Source of the DNA: Patescibacteria group bacterium
GTDB lineage: Bacteria > Patescibacteriota > Minisyncoccia > Phycocordibacterales > Phycocordibacteraceae
NCBI GenBank assembly: GCA_019744845.1
Contig: JAIETW010000001.1
Coordinates: 12,623 to 76,622, forward strand
Direction: 5' to 3'
DNA length: 64,000 nucleotides
A model generated the notes under the pieces. The model ran no database searches, had not been told where the DNA came from, and worked only from the letters and a program-made list of their open reading frames with translations. Position numbers and translations under genes: made by a program. Of the stretch, positions 1 through 9,523 are shown one piece after another. Within the stretch, counting starts at the first letter, position 1. Each line of letters begins with the position of its first letter.

Positions 1-1
1 A

Positions 2-1057
2 GACATCTGGTTTAAGACACAGCTCAAGAATGGAGGAGAGCTTGGTCTTGGCAATACGCATGAAGAGCCACTCACCGCGCTCATGACTGAGCACATCTCT
101 TCATACAAAGATTTGCCGAAGTACGTCTATCAGTTCCAGACTAAGTTTCGTAACGAGACTCGTGCAAAGTCCGGCATCATGCGCTCTCGCGAGTTCGTGA
201 TGAAGGATCTGTACTCCTTTAGTAAGAACGATGAGGAGTTCCGTACCTTCTATGAGAAGTGTGCAGAAGCATACCTTCGCATCTTTGCGCGCGTGGGCAT
301 TGGCGCCAAGACCTACCGCACCTTCGCGTCAGGAGGTTCCTTCTCAAAGTTCTCTGATGAGTTCCAGACCGTTTGTGACGCAGGAGAAGACATCATTTAC
401 ATACACGAAGGAAAGAAGCTTGCGGTGAACAAGGAGGTGTACACCGACGAGGTCTTGAAGGATCTTGATATGAAAAAGGAGGACATGGTGGAGGCAAAAG
501 CCATTGAAGTCGGAAACATTTTCCCACTTGGCACCAAGTACTCAGAGCCACTTGGCCTTACCTACACGGACGAAACTGGCAAGAAGGTTCCCGTGGTCAT
601 GGGTTCCTATGGCATTGGTCCTGGTCGCCTCATGGGTACCATTGTGGAACTTCTTTCTGATGAGAAGGGAATTGTATGGCCAGAAGCGGTCGCACCATTT
701 GCGTTCCATCTTCTTTCTCTTGGTTCTGATAACGAGCAAGTGGAGGCGCTTGCAGAGAAGGTATATGAGCGTCTTTGCTACATCACCTACGGCGAGAACG
801 TGAAGCTCTACATGGATAACGTCGCGCTCTATGACGATCGTAAGGTGCAGACAGGAGAGAAACGCAATGATGCAGATCTCATTGGTATCCCGTACCAGAT
901 CATTGTCGGAAAGAAATCAATTGAGAGCGGACTTATGGAAGTGGTGAAGCGTGCAACGGGAGAGACCTTCACGGTGGGATTGAATGATTTCTTTGAAGCA
1001 AAAGATTCCCGCATGTTCATGCTCTCCGCAATAGAATCCAACACGAACAATGGTTAA
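2..1057 (+). CDS. proS: Proline--tRNA ligase (5' partial; short form apparently lacking the editing insertion)
   Basis: Frame is open from the window edge (…LGNTHEE…); motif 2 FRNETRAKSGIMRSREF, IEVGNIFPLG, MGSYGIG, C-terminal anticodon-binding domain (DADLIGIP). Confidence 0.95.
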   Translation, partial: DIWFKTQLKNGGELGLGNTHEEPLTALMTEHISSYKDLPKYVYQFQTKFRNETRAKSGIMRSREFVMKDLYSFSKNDEEFRTFYEKCAEAYLRIFARVGIGAKTYRTFASGGSFSKFSDEFQTVCDAGEDIIYIHEGKKLAVNKEVYTDEVLKDLDMKKEDMVEAKAIEVGNIFPLGTKYSEPLGLTYTDETGKKVPVVMGSYGIGPGRLMGTIVELLSDEKGIVWPEAVAPFAFHLLSLGSDNEQVEALAEKVYERLCYITYGENVKLYMDNVALYDDRKVQTGEKRNDADLIGIPYQIIVGKKSIESGLMEVVKRATGETFTVGLNDFFEAKDSRMFMLSAIESNTNNG

Positions 1058-2105
1058 GAAACTTCCTAAGGCGTCCTTCTTCTCTACGGATATCGGGATT
1101 GATCTCGGTACGGCAAATACGCTCGTGTATGTGCGCGGTCGTGGCATTGTGATGTCAGAGCCATCCGTTGTGACGACCAATGAGAAGACGGGGCAGGTGG
1201 TCGCGATTGGAAAGGAGGCAAAGGTAATGCTCGGCAAGACACCACCACACGTGAAAGCAGTGCGCCCTCTTTCACACGGAGTGATCTCAGACTTTGAAGT
1301 GACCCAGGAACTTCTTGCGTACCTTATCCGTAAAGCACAAGGAGATCGTGCTCGTTTGTTTGGTCCTCGTGTGGTGGTGGGTGTGCCGACTGGAGTCACG
1401 AACGTAGAGAGTCGTGCCGTGCGTGATGCGGCGCTTTCTTCTGGTGCACGCGAAGTGTATATCGTTGAGGAGCCGATGGCAGGAGCAATTGGTGCCAAGC
1501 TCCCAGTCAATGAACCAGTTGGCACGATGGTGCTTGATATTGGTGGTGGCACGACTGATATTGCCGTGCTTTCTCTTGGCGGCACCGTCGCGTCAAAGAG
1601 TTCTCAAGTAGCCGGGGACCGTTTTAATGAAAACATTATTGATTACGTACGGAGTGAGTTCCAGCTTGCGATAGGGGAGCGCACGGCAGAGGAAACTAAG
1701 ATTGCTATTGGTGCCGTGCTTCCTCTTGATACGAAGCTTGTTAAAGCAGTACGTGGCCGTGATCTTGCAACTGGACTCCCACGAGAGATTCTTTTGACCG
1801 ATTCTCACATTCGCGAAGCGCTTGAGCCATCACTTGATACGCTCATGGAAGCTATGAAGGATGTCATTGAGCACACTCCACCTGAACTTCTTTCTGATGT
1901 GCTTCAGCGTGGAGTGACTGTCTTTGGTGGTGGGGCACTTCTTCGCGGTCTTCCAGAACTTCTTGCCAAGATGCTTGGTGTGCCGGTGCATGTCGCAGCC
2001 GATCCGCTTACCGCAGTGGTGCGCGGAACAGGTATAATCACTGAAGATCCACGTCCATGGGAAAGCGTATTCATGCATGAAGAAGCAATCATTTCGAAGG
2101 CATAG
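1050..2105 (+). CDS. mreB: Rod shape-determining protein MreB
   Basis: IGIDLGTANT, EPSVV, DIGGGTTD and GGGALL actin-like motifs. Confidence 0.97.
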   Translation: MVKKLPKASFFSTDIGIDLGTANTLVYVRGRGIVMSEPSVVTTNEKTGQVVAIGKEAKVMLGKTPPHVKAVRPLSHGVISDFEVTQELLAYLIRKAQGDRARLFGPRVVVGVPTGVTNVESRAVRDAALSSGAREVYIVEEPMAGAIGAKLPVNEPVGTMVLDIGGGTTDIAVLSLGGTVASKSSQVAGDRFNENIIDYVRSEFQLAIGERTAEETKIAIGAVLPLDTKLVKAVRGRDLATGLPREILLTDSHIREALEPSLDTLMEAMKDVIEHTPPELLSDVLQRGVTVFGGGALLRGLPELLAKMLGVPVHVAADPLTAVVRGTGIITEDPRPWESVFMHEEAIISKA

Positions 2106-2865
2106 CGCCGTTTCATTACTCTCGCCGACGGTCCGTACCGCAGGTGTAATTGTGCTTGTCGTTATTCTTCTCCTTGCGATCATTCGTTTTGTATTCCCAG
2201 GTTCACTCATGGCACTCGCCACACCGTTCTGGAATCTAAGCTCCACACTGACTGGGGGAGTTGGAGGCATCATGGATTCTTTCGGGAATACACGCATGCT
2301 TACCGAAGACCATGATCGGTTGCTTGAAGAGAATATTGCGTTGTCTGCAGAGGTGGCGGAACTTGAGGCACGACTCGCCGATGTAGAAGGACTTGTAGAT
2401 ACCCCTGAAGGCATTCTTGCGGGCGTACTCGCACGTCCACCGATTGCGCCGTATGACGTGCTTATTCTTGGTGCGGGAACTGAGGCAGGTATTCGTGAGG
2501 GACATCTCGTGTATGGAAATGGCGGCGTGCCGATTGGAGTGATTCGGAGCTTAAGCGAAGGGAATGCACGCGCCGCACTTTTTTCTGAAGCAGGACGTGA
2601 GACACCTGGATGGGTTGGAGCAGACCGCATTCCGGTTTCAGTCTCTGGCACTGGTGCGGGTACCTTCCGTATGACCGTCGCGAAAGATTCAGGAATCTTG
2701 GTCGGAGATGTTGTGTATCTTCCAGGACCAGGTGCGCTTCCGATTGGCTTTGTATCTCGCGTAGAGACTGATCCATCTTCTCCAGACGCACGAGTGCACG
2801 TATTCCCGTACACAAACCCATTCACGCTTTCAGTTGTACGTGTGGGCCCTCATCTGCTTCCATGA
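2077..2865 (+). CDS. mreC: Rod shape-determining protein MreC
   Basis: N-terminal TM, coiled coil (LLEENIALSAEV), beta domain; follows mreB. Confidence 0.85.
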   Translation: MKKQSFRRHSAVSLLSPTVRTAGVIVLVVILLLAIIRFVFPGSLMALATPFWNLSSTLTGGVGGIMDSFGNTRMLTEDHDRLLEENIALSAEVAELEARLADVEGLVDTPEGILAGVLARPPIAPYDVLILGAGTEAGIREGHLVYGNGGVPIGVIRSLSEGNARAALFSEAGRETPGWVGADRIPVSVSGTGAGTFRMTVAKDSGILVGDVVYLPGPGALPIGFVSRVETDPSSPDARVHVFPYTNPFTLSVVRVGPHLLP

Positions 2866-3110
2866 CCCGCGTCCTTTTCTTTATTGCCGCACTCTCTGCT
2901 CCTTTGTTTTTTCCTGCATCTATTGCCATCATTCTTGCTGCACTCGCATCCTTCTTCATTCCACTCGCTGCTCTTTCGGTGGGGATTTGGTACGACCTTC
3001 TCTATCTGCCGGGAGGGCACTTTCCGTACGGGCTTATGTGGGGCGCGATTGGAAGTCTTGTCGCCCTTGGCGTGCGGAGATTCGTTGAAACACGTATCAT
3101 AGGAGGATGA
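2862..3110 (+). CDS. Small membrane protein at the mreD position (MreD-like)
   Basis: 82 aa, hydrophobic, G..YDLL motif; ATGA overlaps with mreC and mrdA. Confidence 0.6.
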   Translation: MTRVLFFIAALSAPLFFPASIAIILAALASFFIPLAALSVGIWYDLLYLPGGHFPYGLMWGAIGSLVALGVRRFVETRIIGG

Positions 3111-4780
3111 GGGGCAAACGACGCAAAGATAAGGAACTCAATCCTGACGAAATCTTTCTTGATTCGTCTAATATTCCTGATTTTGATACGACGCGTCTTG
3201 AAGGACGCCTTGAGAAGCCTATAAGCGAGCGCACGTTTCTTGGAATGCTTGCCGTGATTGTGTTCATTCTTCTTGCATACACGGTGCAGGCAGCGAACCT
3301 GGAGATTCTTCAGGGAGAGAAGTATGCACAGCAGAGCGAGAACAACCGTCTTCGTCCTGAAATTTTGTTTGCGAAGCGTGGTGCCATTCTTGATCGGAAT
3401 GGGGAAGTACTCGTAGAGAACACACCAAGCGATAAAGGATTCATTAGTCGCTCGTATCGTTCTCCCGGTTTTGGACACTTGCTTGGGTACGTGTCGTATC
3501 CAAAGAAGGATTCTTCAGGCAATTACTACGACACGGAAGTGAAGGGGCTTGCGGGTGCCGAGATGGCGTTTGAGGATCAGCTTGCGGGAGAGAATGGTCT
3601 CTATCTCATTGAAGAAGACGCGCTTGGCGAGATTAAATCGCAGGGCAGTGTGAAGGCGCCTCTCGATGGTACGTCCGTCACGCTTTCTATTGATGCGCGT
3701 GCGCAGGAGGCAATGTATTCCTCTATTGCAGAGCTTGCCGATCGTATTCCGTATAAGGGAGGTGCGGGTGCCATCATGAATGTAGAGACGGGGGAGTTGA
3801 TTGCACTCGTGTCGTACCCTGAATACGATCCAAACATTCTTTCCGCAGGTACTCCCGCAGATGTCATTGAGTCGTACTTCACGAACTCACGCGAACCTTC
3901 ACTTGATCGCGCGGTCGCAGGGCTCTACACTCCCGGCTCTATCGTGAAGCCAATGATTGCCGCAGGCGCCTACAACGACAACATTATTTCTGAGGATAAA
4001 ATTATTGTCTCTACTGGATCTATTTCTATTCCTAACATCTACGACCCAAGCAACCCGACGATTTTCCGTGACTGGAAGGCACTTGGACCCATGAATATCC
4101 GAAGTGCGATTGCGTACTCCTCTGACGTGTACTTCTATTCCATTGGGGGAGGGTTCGGGGATCAAAAGGGGCTTGGTATTGATCGGTTGGCGCATTGGTA
4201 CCACGCGTTTGGATTTGGGAAGCCAACCAACATTGAACTTGCGGGCGAAGGCACGGGATTCATTCCTTCACAAAAATGGAAAGAAGAGACGTACGATGAG
4301 CCATGGCGGATTGGAAACACCTATCATACTTCCATCGGACAGTACGCAGTGCAGGTCACCTTGCTTGAAGCGCTTCGGGCGACTGCTGCAGTGGCAAATG
4401 GTGGCAAGCTTATGAACACGACTATTGTGAAGGATAAGCCTGTGATTGGAGAAACGATTGCGATTTCACAAGAGTCACTCCGTATTGCGCGCGAGGGAAT
4501 GCGTATGGGAGTGACCGAAGGTACCTCGGTCGGGTTGAATGATCTGTCCTTCCTTCGGGCGGCAAGTAAGACTGGTACGGCACAGCTCGGTGCAAATAAT
4601 GAGTGGTACAACACGTGGGCGGTAGGATATTGGCCGTACGATAAGCCGAAGTATGCGTATGCGGTGGTGATGGAGCGGGCGCCTGCAGGCACCGCAATTG
4701 GAGGTATTTATGTGATGCACCAAACGTTCAGCAAGATGCATCAGTCCGCACCAGAATATTTTGAGTACGACACGCTCTAA
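3107..4780 (+). CDS. mrdA: Penicillin-binding protein 2 (class B PBP)
   Basis: RGAILDRNG dimerisation motif; SIVK, SSD and KTG transpeptidase motifs; mre operon context. Confidence 0.9.
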   Translation: MRGKRRKDKELNPDEIFLDSSNIPDFDTTRLEGRLEKPISERTFLGMLAVIVFILLAYTVQAANLEILQGEKYAQQSENNRLRPEILFAKRGAILDRNGEVLVENTPSDKGFISRSYRSPGFGHLLGYVSYPKKDSSGNYYDTEVKGLAGAEMAFEDQLAGENGLYLIEEDALGEIKSQGSVKAPLDGTSVTLSIDARAQEAMYSSIAELADRIPYKGGAGAIMNVETGELIALVSYPEYDPNILSAGTPADVIESYFTNSREPSLDRAVAGLYTPGSIVKPMIAAGAYNDNIISEDKIIVSTGSISIPNIYDPSNPTIFRDWKALGPMNIRSAIAYSSDVYFYSIGGGFGDQKGLGIDRLAHWYHAFGFGKPTNIELAGEGTGFIPSQKWKEETYDEPWRIGNTYHTSIGQYAVQVTLLEALRATAAVANGGKLMNTTIVKDKPVIGETIAISQESLRIAREGMRMGVTEGTSVGLNDLSFLRAASKTGTAQLGANNEWYNTWAVGYWPYDKPKYAYAVVMERAPAGTAIGGIYVMHQTFSKMHQSAPEYFEYDTL

Positions 4781-4789
4781 GCAGTGCAT

Positions 4790-4817
4790 TTGACGGGTTT
4801 CTGACTTCCCGTACAAT
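4790..4817 (+). promoter_or_regulatory. Sigma70-type promoter of greA
   Basis: TTGACG-16 nt-TACAAT, 22 nt before the ATG. Confidence 0.6.
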
Positions 4818-4839
4818 ACGGCAACAATAACGCATATCT

Positions 4840-5310
4840 ATGATTGAACAGGACACGGTAGTTAGCCAAGAAAAGTTTGACGAAATGGTCGCCGAACTTG
4901 AGAACCTCAAGACCGTGCGCCGCACTGAGATTGCAAAGAACCTAGAGTACGCTCGTTCTCTTGGAGATCTCTCAGAAAACGCGGAATATCAGGAAGCACG
5001 AGAGCTGCAGGCAGCAACGGAAGAGCGTATTCGTCGTCTTGAAGATTTGATCAAGCGCGCAAAGATCGTCACTGACGGAAAGAAGAAGGATGTCGTGGGC
5101 TTTGGTTCAGTGGTGACGATTCTTAAGGAGGGAAGCAAAGAAGCACATGAGTACACCATCGTTGGAAGCGAGGAAGCAGACATGCGTGTCCGCAAGCTTT
5201 CCCACGTGTCTCCACTTGGCAGCGCACTCATGGGCAAGAAGAAGGGAGATGTCTTTACCTTTGAAACACCAAACGGTAAGCAAACCTACACTGTTCAGAA
5301 GGTAGCGTAG
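4840..5310 (+). CDS. greA: Transcription elongation factor GreA
   Basis: GDLSENAEY and SPLGSALMG motifs. Confidence 0.97.
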   Translation: MIEQDTVVSQEKFDEMVAELENLKTVRRTEIAKNLEYARSLGDLSENAEYQEARELQAATEERIRRLEDLIKRAKIVTDGKKKDVVGFGSVVTILKEGSKEAHEYTIVGSEEADMRVRKLSHVSPLGSALMGKKKGDVFTFETPNGKQTYTVQKVA

Positions 5311-5333
5311 TCCTCTAAGATTTTCAGTTTGCA

Positions 5334-6095
5334 ATGACACCTGAGAATAATATTCCCGAAGATATAAAAGAAAGTGCGCGAGCGCTCAGCGAAAGGCTGA
5401 GGAGCGGCGATCCCACCATTCGTTCAATCACGCAGCCAGCAGGAGATGATGAAGCGCGCATTGTGGGCAAGCGGCCCCATACGCAACTTGTTATTGCTCG
5501 TTGGTTAAAGGGCATCATGAATGTGTCCGATATTTTCCGCGATGAACGAGGAATGCACTGGTCATCCTATATGCCCTTGGAGCAAATTGCCGAACCGACA
5601 GGATGGGCGGAGCAGGGTGCAGACAATCTTGTATTGAGGTATGTATTCGGCGATCATGACCACAATGGGTCAGGGAATAACCAGGTTCAGAATAGAAAGG
5701 GACAGCGAGCAGTATTTGATTTTGAAGGTGCCTACGGCGGATTTGCTGCTCCATACTACAAGCCGCTACTACTCAAGGAACTAATGGAGGACTTACAGAG
5801 CTATCAGCAGAATCGGCACACAGTACTTCTTGCCTTTAAGAAGAAACTTGAGCTCCTTCGGGATAGGTTTGCGGGCGCAGAAGGAAGAGCTTTTTTCAAA
5901 GATGTTATAGCGTCCTCTGGTAAAGATATTAGGGAACTATTTCGACCGCCTCTCTTGCGACACATGGACGCCGATACGCCTGACAACATAATCTTTGAAT
6001 ATACGAAAAATCCCGAATCCTATCTCTACGAGCAGCTTACTGCGCGCATAGATCAGCTTCTTGCTGCTACGGACTTGTGTTTGCAGGCTCCATAA
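5334..6095 (+). CDS. Hypothetical protein, possible atypical kinase fold
   Basis: 253 aa ORF filling the gap; VFGDHDH..N…FDFE resembles a PI3K/HipA-type catalytic loop. Confidence 0.6.
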   Translation: MTPENNIPEDIKESARALSERLRSGDPTIRSITQPAGDDEARIVGKRPHTQLVIARWLKGIMNVSDIFRDERGMHWSSYMPLEQIAEPTGWAEQGADNLVLRYVFGDHDHNGSGNNQVQNRKGQRAVFDFEGAYGGFAAPYYKPLLLKELMEDLQSYQQNRHTVLLAFKKKLELLRDRFAGAEGRAFFKDVIASSGKDIRELFRPPLLRHMDADTPDNIIFEYTKNPESYLYEQLTARIDQLLAATDLCLQAP

Positions 6096-6118
6096 ACGGA
6101 CCATGGTAGGATAGCTCC

Positions 6119-7690
6119 ATGTTTTGGGCAGACCGCATAGGAAAGGAAATACAAGATACGAGGAAGCCGCGTGACGGCAAGGTCTTCGTCATACGTGATG
6201 AAAAAACACTTTCCGGACGTGTCCACATTGGCTCTATGCGCGGTGTTGCGATTCACGGCGCCATAGCCGAAGTACTCAATGAGTACGGAATACCAAACAA
6301 GTTTTTGTTTGAGCTCAATGACTTTGACCCGTTTGATACGGTACCGGGATACTTAGATCAGGAAAAGTTTAAAGAACATCTCGGGAAGCCACTCTACCGA
6401 GTACCATCACCAGAGCCAGGGTTTGAAAACTACGCAGAGTATTATGGCGCAGAGTTTGCGGCTGTACACGCAAAGGGAGGATTTTTCCCCGAGTACTATC
6501 GCACTTACAAAGATTTGTATGCGGCAGGGAAGATGGATGCGCTCATTAAGACTGCACTTGAACGCGCCGCAGATATTCGCCGCATATTGAAAGAAGTGTC
6601 AGGCTCACATAAAGATGAGTCCTGGCTCCCGGTGTCAGTGGTATGTGAGAAGTGCGAGAAGATGATGACCACTCGTGCACACGACTACGATGGTGAGACG
6701 GTTGGCTACACGTGCGATCGTTCACCAGACGACACCGTGCCCTGTGGGAACACTGGACGCGTGCGCCCCGAAGGTGCTGCCATGAAGTTGTTCTGGAAAG
6801 CAGACTGGGCGGCGAAGTGGGTAGCGATGGGCGTTGATATTGAAGGCGCTGGAAAAGATCACTCCACCAAGGGTGGCTCTCGCGATGTGTCTAAACACAT
6901 TGCGAAAGAAGTATTTGGATACGAAGAACCATTTGATATTCCATACGAATTCTTCTTGGTAGGTGGAAAGAAAATGTCTTCGTCTAAGGGGAGAGGTTCT
7001 TCTGCACAAGAAATGTCTGAACTCTTTCCGACTGACACATTCCGCCTCACTCTGCTTGGTAAAGAGCCGATGCAGCAGATTGATGTGGATCCGTCGGGGG
7101 ACTCGGTACCACGTGTGTATGACTGGCATGATGAGATTGCAGAGAAGGTACGTGAGGGAGTCGCGGATGACTTCACGCGTCTCCACGCCTTCTGTCAGCT
7201 GCCCAAAGACCGTGCAGAAGGACGCGCGCCATGGCAGCTCCGTTTTGGTCAGGTCGCCTTCATGGTGCAGATGCCGCATCTCTCACTTGAAGATGAAGCG
7301 GCAAGTGTGAAAGGTTCACCACTAACTGAAGAAGAGAAGGCAGCGCTTAAGGAGCGTGCAGAATATGCACGATTCTGGCTTGCGACGTATGCACCTGAGG
7401 AATACAAATACGAACTTCAGAAGACTATGCCAGATATCGCACTTTCTGACGTACAAAAGCACGCACTCTCACTCCTCAAGGACTTCCTGACTGAGCACGC
7501 ACGCACGGGGGAAGAGCTTCATCATCGTCTTCACGACCTCAAGACTGAGGCTTCTATTGCGCCTAAAGAGTTGTTTAGTGCTATCTACGGGCTCTTTTTG
7601 AACCGTACCTCAGGACCGAAGGCAGGATGGTTCCTGTCGGTGTTACCGCGAGATATGGTCCTCGCGCGTCTTGAAGAGGCAGTGAAATAA
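6119..7690 (+). CDS. lysK: Lysine--tRNA ligase, class I
   Basis: SGRVHIGS (HIGH-like), GKDH, KMSSSKG, SGPKAG; CxxC zinc sites. Confidence 0.93.
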   Translation: MFWADRIGKEIQDTRKPRDGKVFVIRDEKTLSGRVHIGSMRGVAIHGAIAEVLNEYGIPNKFLFELNDFDPFDTVPGYLDQEKFKEHLGKPLYRVPSPEPGFENYAEYYGAEFAAVHAKGGFFPEYYRTYKDLYAAGKMDALIKTALERAADIRRILKEVSGSHKDESWLPVSVVCEKCEKMMTTRAHDYDGETVGYTCDRSPDDTVPCGNTGRVRPEGAAMKLFWKADWAAKWVAMGVDIEGAGKDHSTKGGSRDVSKHIAKEVFGYEEPFDIPYEFFLVGGKKMSSSKGRGSSAQEMSELFPTDTFRLTLLGKEPMQQIDVDPSGDSVPRVYDWHDEIAEKVREGVADDFTRLHAFCQLPKDRAEGRAPWQLRFGQVAFMVQMPHLSLEDEAASVKGSPLTEEEKAALKERAEYARFWLATYAPEEYKYELQKTMPDIALSDVQKHALSLLKDFLTEHARTGEELHHRLHDLKTEASIAPKELFSAIYGLFLNRTSGPKAGWFLSVLPRDMVLARLEEAVK

Positions 7691-7706
7691 GAGCGAGAAC
7701 AGAGAT

Positions 7707-7736
7707 GAAAACGGCCGGTACTTCCGGTCGTTTTTC
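7707..7736 (+). terminator. Intrinsic terminator after lysK
   Basis: gaaaacggccgg-tactt-ccggtcgttttt hairpin with T tail. Confidence 0.7.
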
Positions 7737-7737
7737 G

Positions 7738-7803
7738 TGTGGATAACCCTACGTCTAGTGGGATGAAGTGTCATATACTTACCTACTAGTGGGATGAAGT
7801 GGG
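7738..7803 (+). promoter_or_regulatory. mraZ/dcw control region: DnaA box plus MraZ-binding repeats
   Basis: TGTGGATAA at 7738-7746 (reverse complement TTATCCACA); ctagtgggatgaagtg at 7755 and 7786; GTG(G/T) units 10 bp apart. Confidence 0.75.
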
Positions 7804-7852
7804 ATTTATGAAAAAATCCTGATTCCACCTGATCCTTCCGCCATCTTTCATT

Positions 7853-8287
7853 ATGTTCATCGGAGAATATCGCCACACATTTGATACCAAGAACCGGATC
7901 TCTCTCCCGGCGAAATTTCGTAAAGAACTTGGACGCTCGGTGATTGTCACTCGTGGTCTTGATCACTGTCTTTTTGTATATCCAAAAAATACTTGGAAGG
8001 ATGAAGCGGCAAAGATCGCACGACACTCAACCGGAGGAAGTGCAGGACGTGGTCTTGCACGTCTCATGCTCGCCGGTGCCTCAGAAGCAGAAGTAGATAC
8101 TGCAGGTCGCATTCTTGTTCCTGATTATCTTCGCTCCTTCGCGACGCTTGCAGAGAAGAGTGTCATTGCCGGTGTGAATGATCGCGTTGAAATCTGGGAT
8201 GAGAAGGCATGGAAGAAATACACCGCAAGCATTGAGCGTGACGCAGACGCGTTCGCCGAGAAGCTTGGCGACGCAGGATCCCTCTAA
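7853..8287 (+). CDS. mraZ: Transcriptional regulator MraZ
   Basis: MFIGEYRHTFDTKNRISLP, DTAGRILVP, RVEIW. Confidence 0.97.
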   Translation: MFIGEYRHTFDTKNRISLPAKFRKELGRSVIVTRGLDHCLFVYPKNTWKDEAAKIARHSTGGSAGRGLARLMLAGASEAEVDTAGRILVPDYLRSFATLAEKSVIAGVNDRVEIWDEKAWKKYTASIERDADAFAEKLGDAGSL

Positions 8288-9243
8288 TGCGTATGACCAC
8301 TACTCTCACTCCTATGGCTTCTTTCTCCTCTAGTACCACCGGCGCACACGAGACTGTGCTTCTCAGTGAAGCAATTGCAGGTCTTACGATACAACCAAAC
8401 GATATCGTCGTTGATGCGACCATTGGTGGGGCAGGGCACTTCAAGAAGATTCTTGGAGAGCTTGATGCACGTGGCACACTTGTGGGTATTGATGCAGATG
8501 TGGGTGCGATTGAGCGCGCACAGGCAACGAGCATGGAGGCCGAGGCAACGGTGCACCTTGTAGAAGAGAACTTCCGTAATCTTGGTCCTGTGCTTAATCA
8601 GCTTTCTATAGAGTGCATTGATAAATCTCTTTTTGATCTTGGATGGAGCGGATTCCATTTGACGAGCGGTCGTGGATTTTCATTCCGTGCACACGAGCCA
8701 CTTCACATGACCTACGGCACCCCAAAGGCAGGGAACACTGCTGCGGATCTTTTGAATAAAGCGTCAGAGGAAGCGATTGCCGACATGCTCTACTCACTCG
8801 GTGAAGAGCGCTTTGCACGCCAGATTGCACGCGGTGTCGTGGTCGCTCGTGAAGTGAAAGATATTGAGACCACGGATGATCTTGTGGAGATTGTGCTTGC
8901 CTCTACTCCACGCTGGTACCAAAGTCGTCGCATCCATCCTGCCACCAAGACCTTCCAGGCACTTCGCATCGCGGTGAATGATGAACTTGGTGCACTTCGT
9001 GATGGACTTACGACTGCGATTGAACGCACCAAGGTGGGTGGACGCATTGCCGTCATTACCTTCCATAGCATTGAGGATCGCATCGTAAAGCAGATGTTCC
9101 GCGATGCGGCACATGAGGGGAAGGGAGTACTGGTCACAAAAAAGCCAATCGTTCCATCTCCTGCAGAACTTTCTCAGAACCCTCGTGCACGTAGCGCCAA
9201 GCTCCGCATTTTTGAGCGAAGCTCCCAACACGCCTATGTATAG
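8287..9243 (+). CDS. rsmH: 16S rRNA m4C1402 methyltransferase RsmH (start may be slightly downstream)
   Basis: VDATIGGAGH, RGFSF, HPATKTFQALRIAVN, NPRARSAKLR. Confidence 0.97.
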   Translation: MRMTTTLTPMASFSSSTTGAHETVLLSEAIAGLTIQPNDIVVDATIGGAGHFKKILGELDARGTLVGIDADVGAIERAQATSMEAEATVHLVEENFRNLGPVLNQLSIECIDKSLFDLGWSGFHLTSGRGFSFRAHEPLHMTYGTPKAGNTAADLLNKASEEAIADMLYSLGEERFARQIARGVVVAREVKDIETTDDLVEIVLASTPRWYQSRRIHPATKTFQALRIAVNDELGALRDGLTTAIERTKVGGRIAVITFHSIEDRIVKQMFRDAAHEGKGVLVTKKPIVPSPAELSQNPRARSAKLRIFERSSQHAYV

Positions 9244-9520
9244 CCGCGCCATCCCCGTCCTTGGGTGCTCCTGCCTTGTCGCAATTGCGCTGTACCTTCT
9301 TGGTGTGGCTGCAACAGTTTTCTTTGCCACCTGGCAGACTGGCCTTGCTCGTTCCATTCAGGAAATGGAGGGATCGGTCATTAGCCTTGAGACTGAATAC
9401 TATGAGGCAGTAGAACGCTACTCTTCCGTAGATCCAGTCGCCCTTGGCTTCACGAGCCCACGCTCAGTGGAGTACGTCACCAGTACTGGCGTTTCTTCGC
9501 TCTCACGAGCGGATCAGTAG
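9236..9520 (+). CDS. FtsL-like cell division protein
   Basis: TM plus coiled coil plus ALGF motif, between rsmH and ftsI. Confidence 0.6.
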   Translation: MYSRAIPVLGCSCLVAIALYLLGVAATVFFATWQTGLARSIQEMEGSVISLETEYYEAVERYSSVDPVALGFTSPRSVEYVTSTGVSSLSRADQ

Positions 9521-9523
9521 CCT

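Noticed and set aside
1830-2825. 331 aa minus-strand ORF
   Set aside because: Antisense shadow of mreB/mreC with no recognisable motifs; the same applies to most other overlapping ORFs in the track.
7755-7803. 16 bp direct repeat read as a mini-CRISPR, iteron or origin
   Set aside because: Only two copies with a 15 bp spacer and a single DnaA box; explained by MraZ operator repeats.
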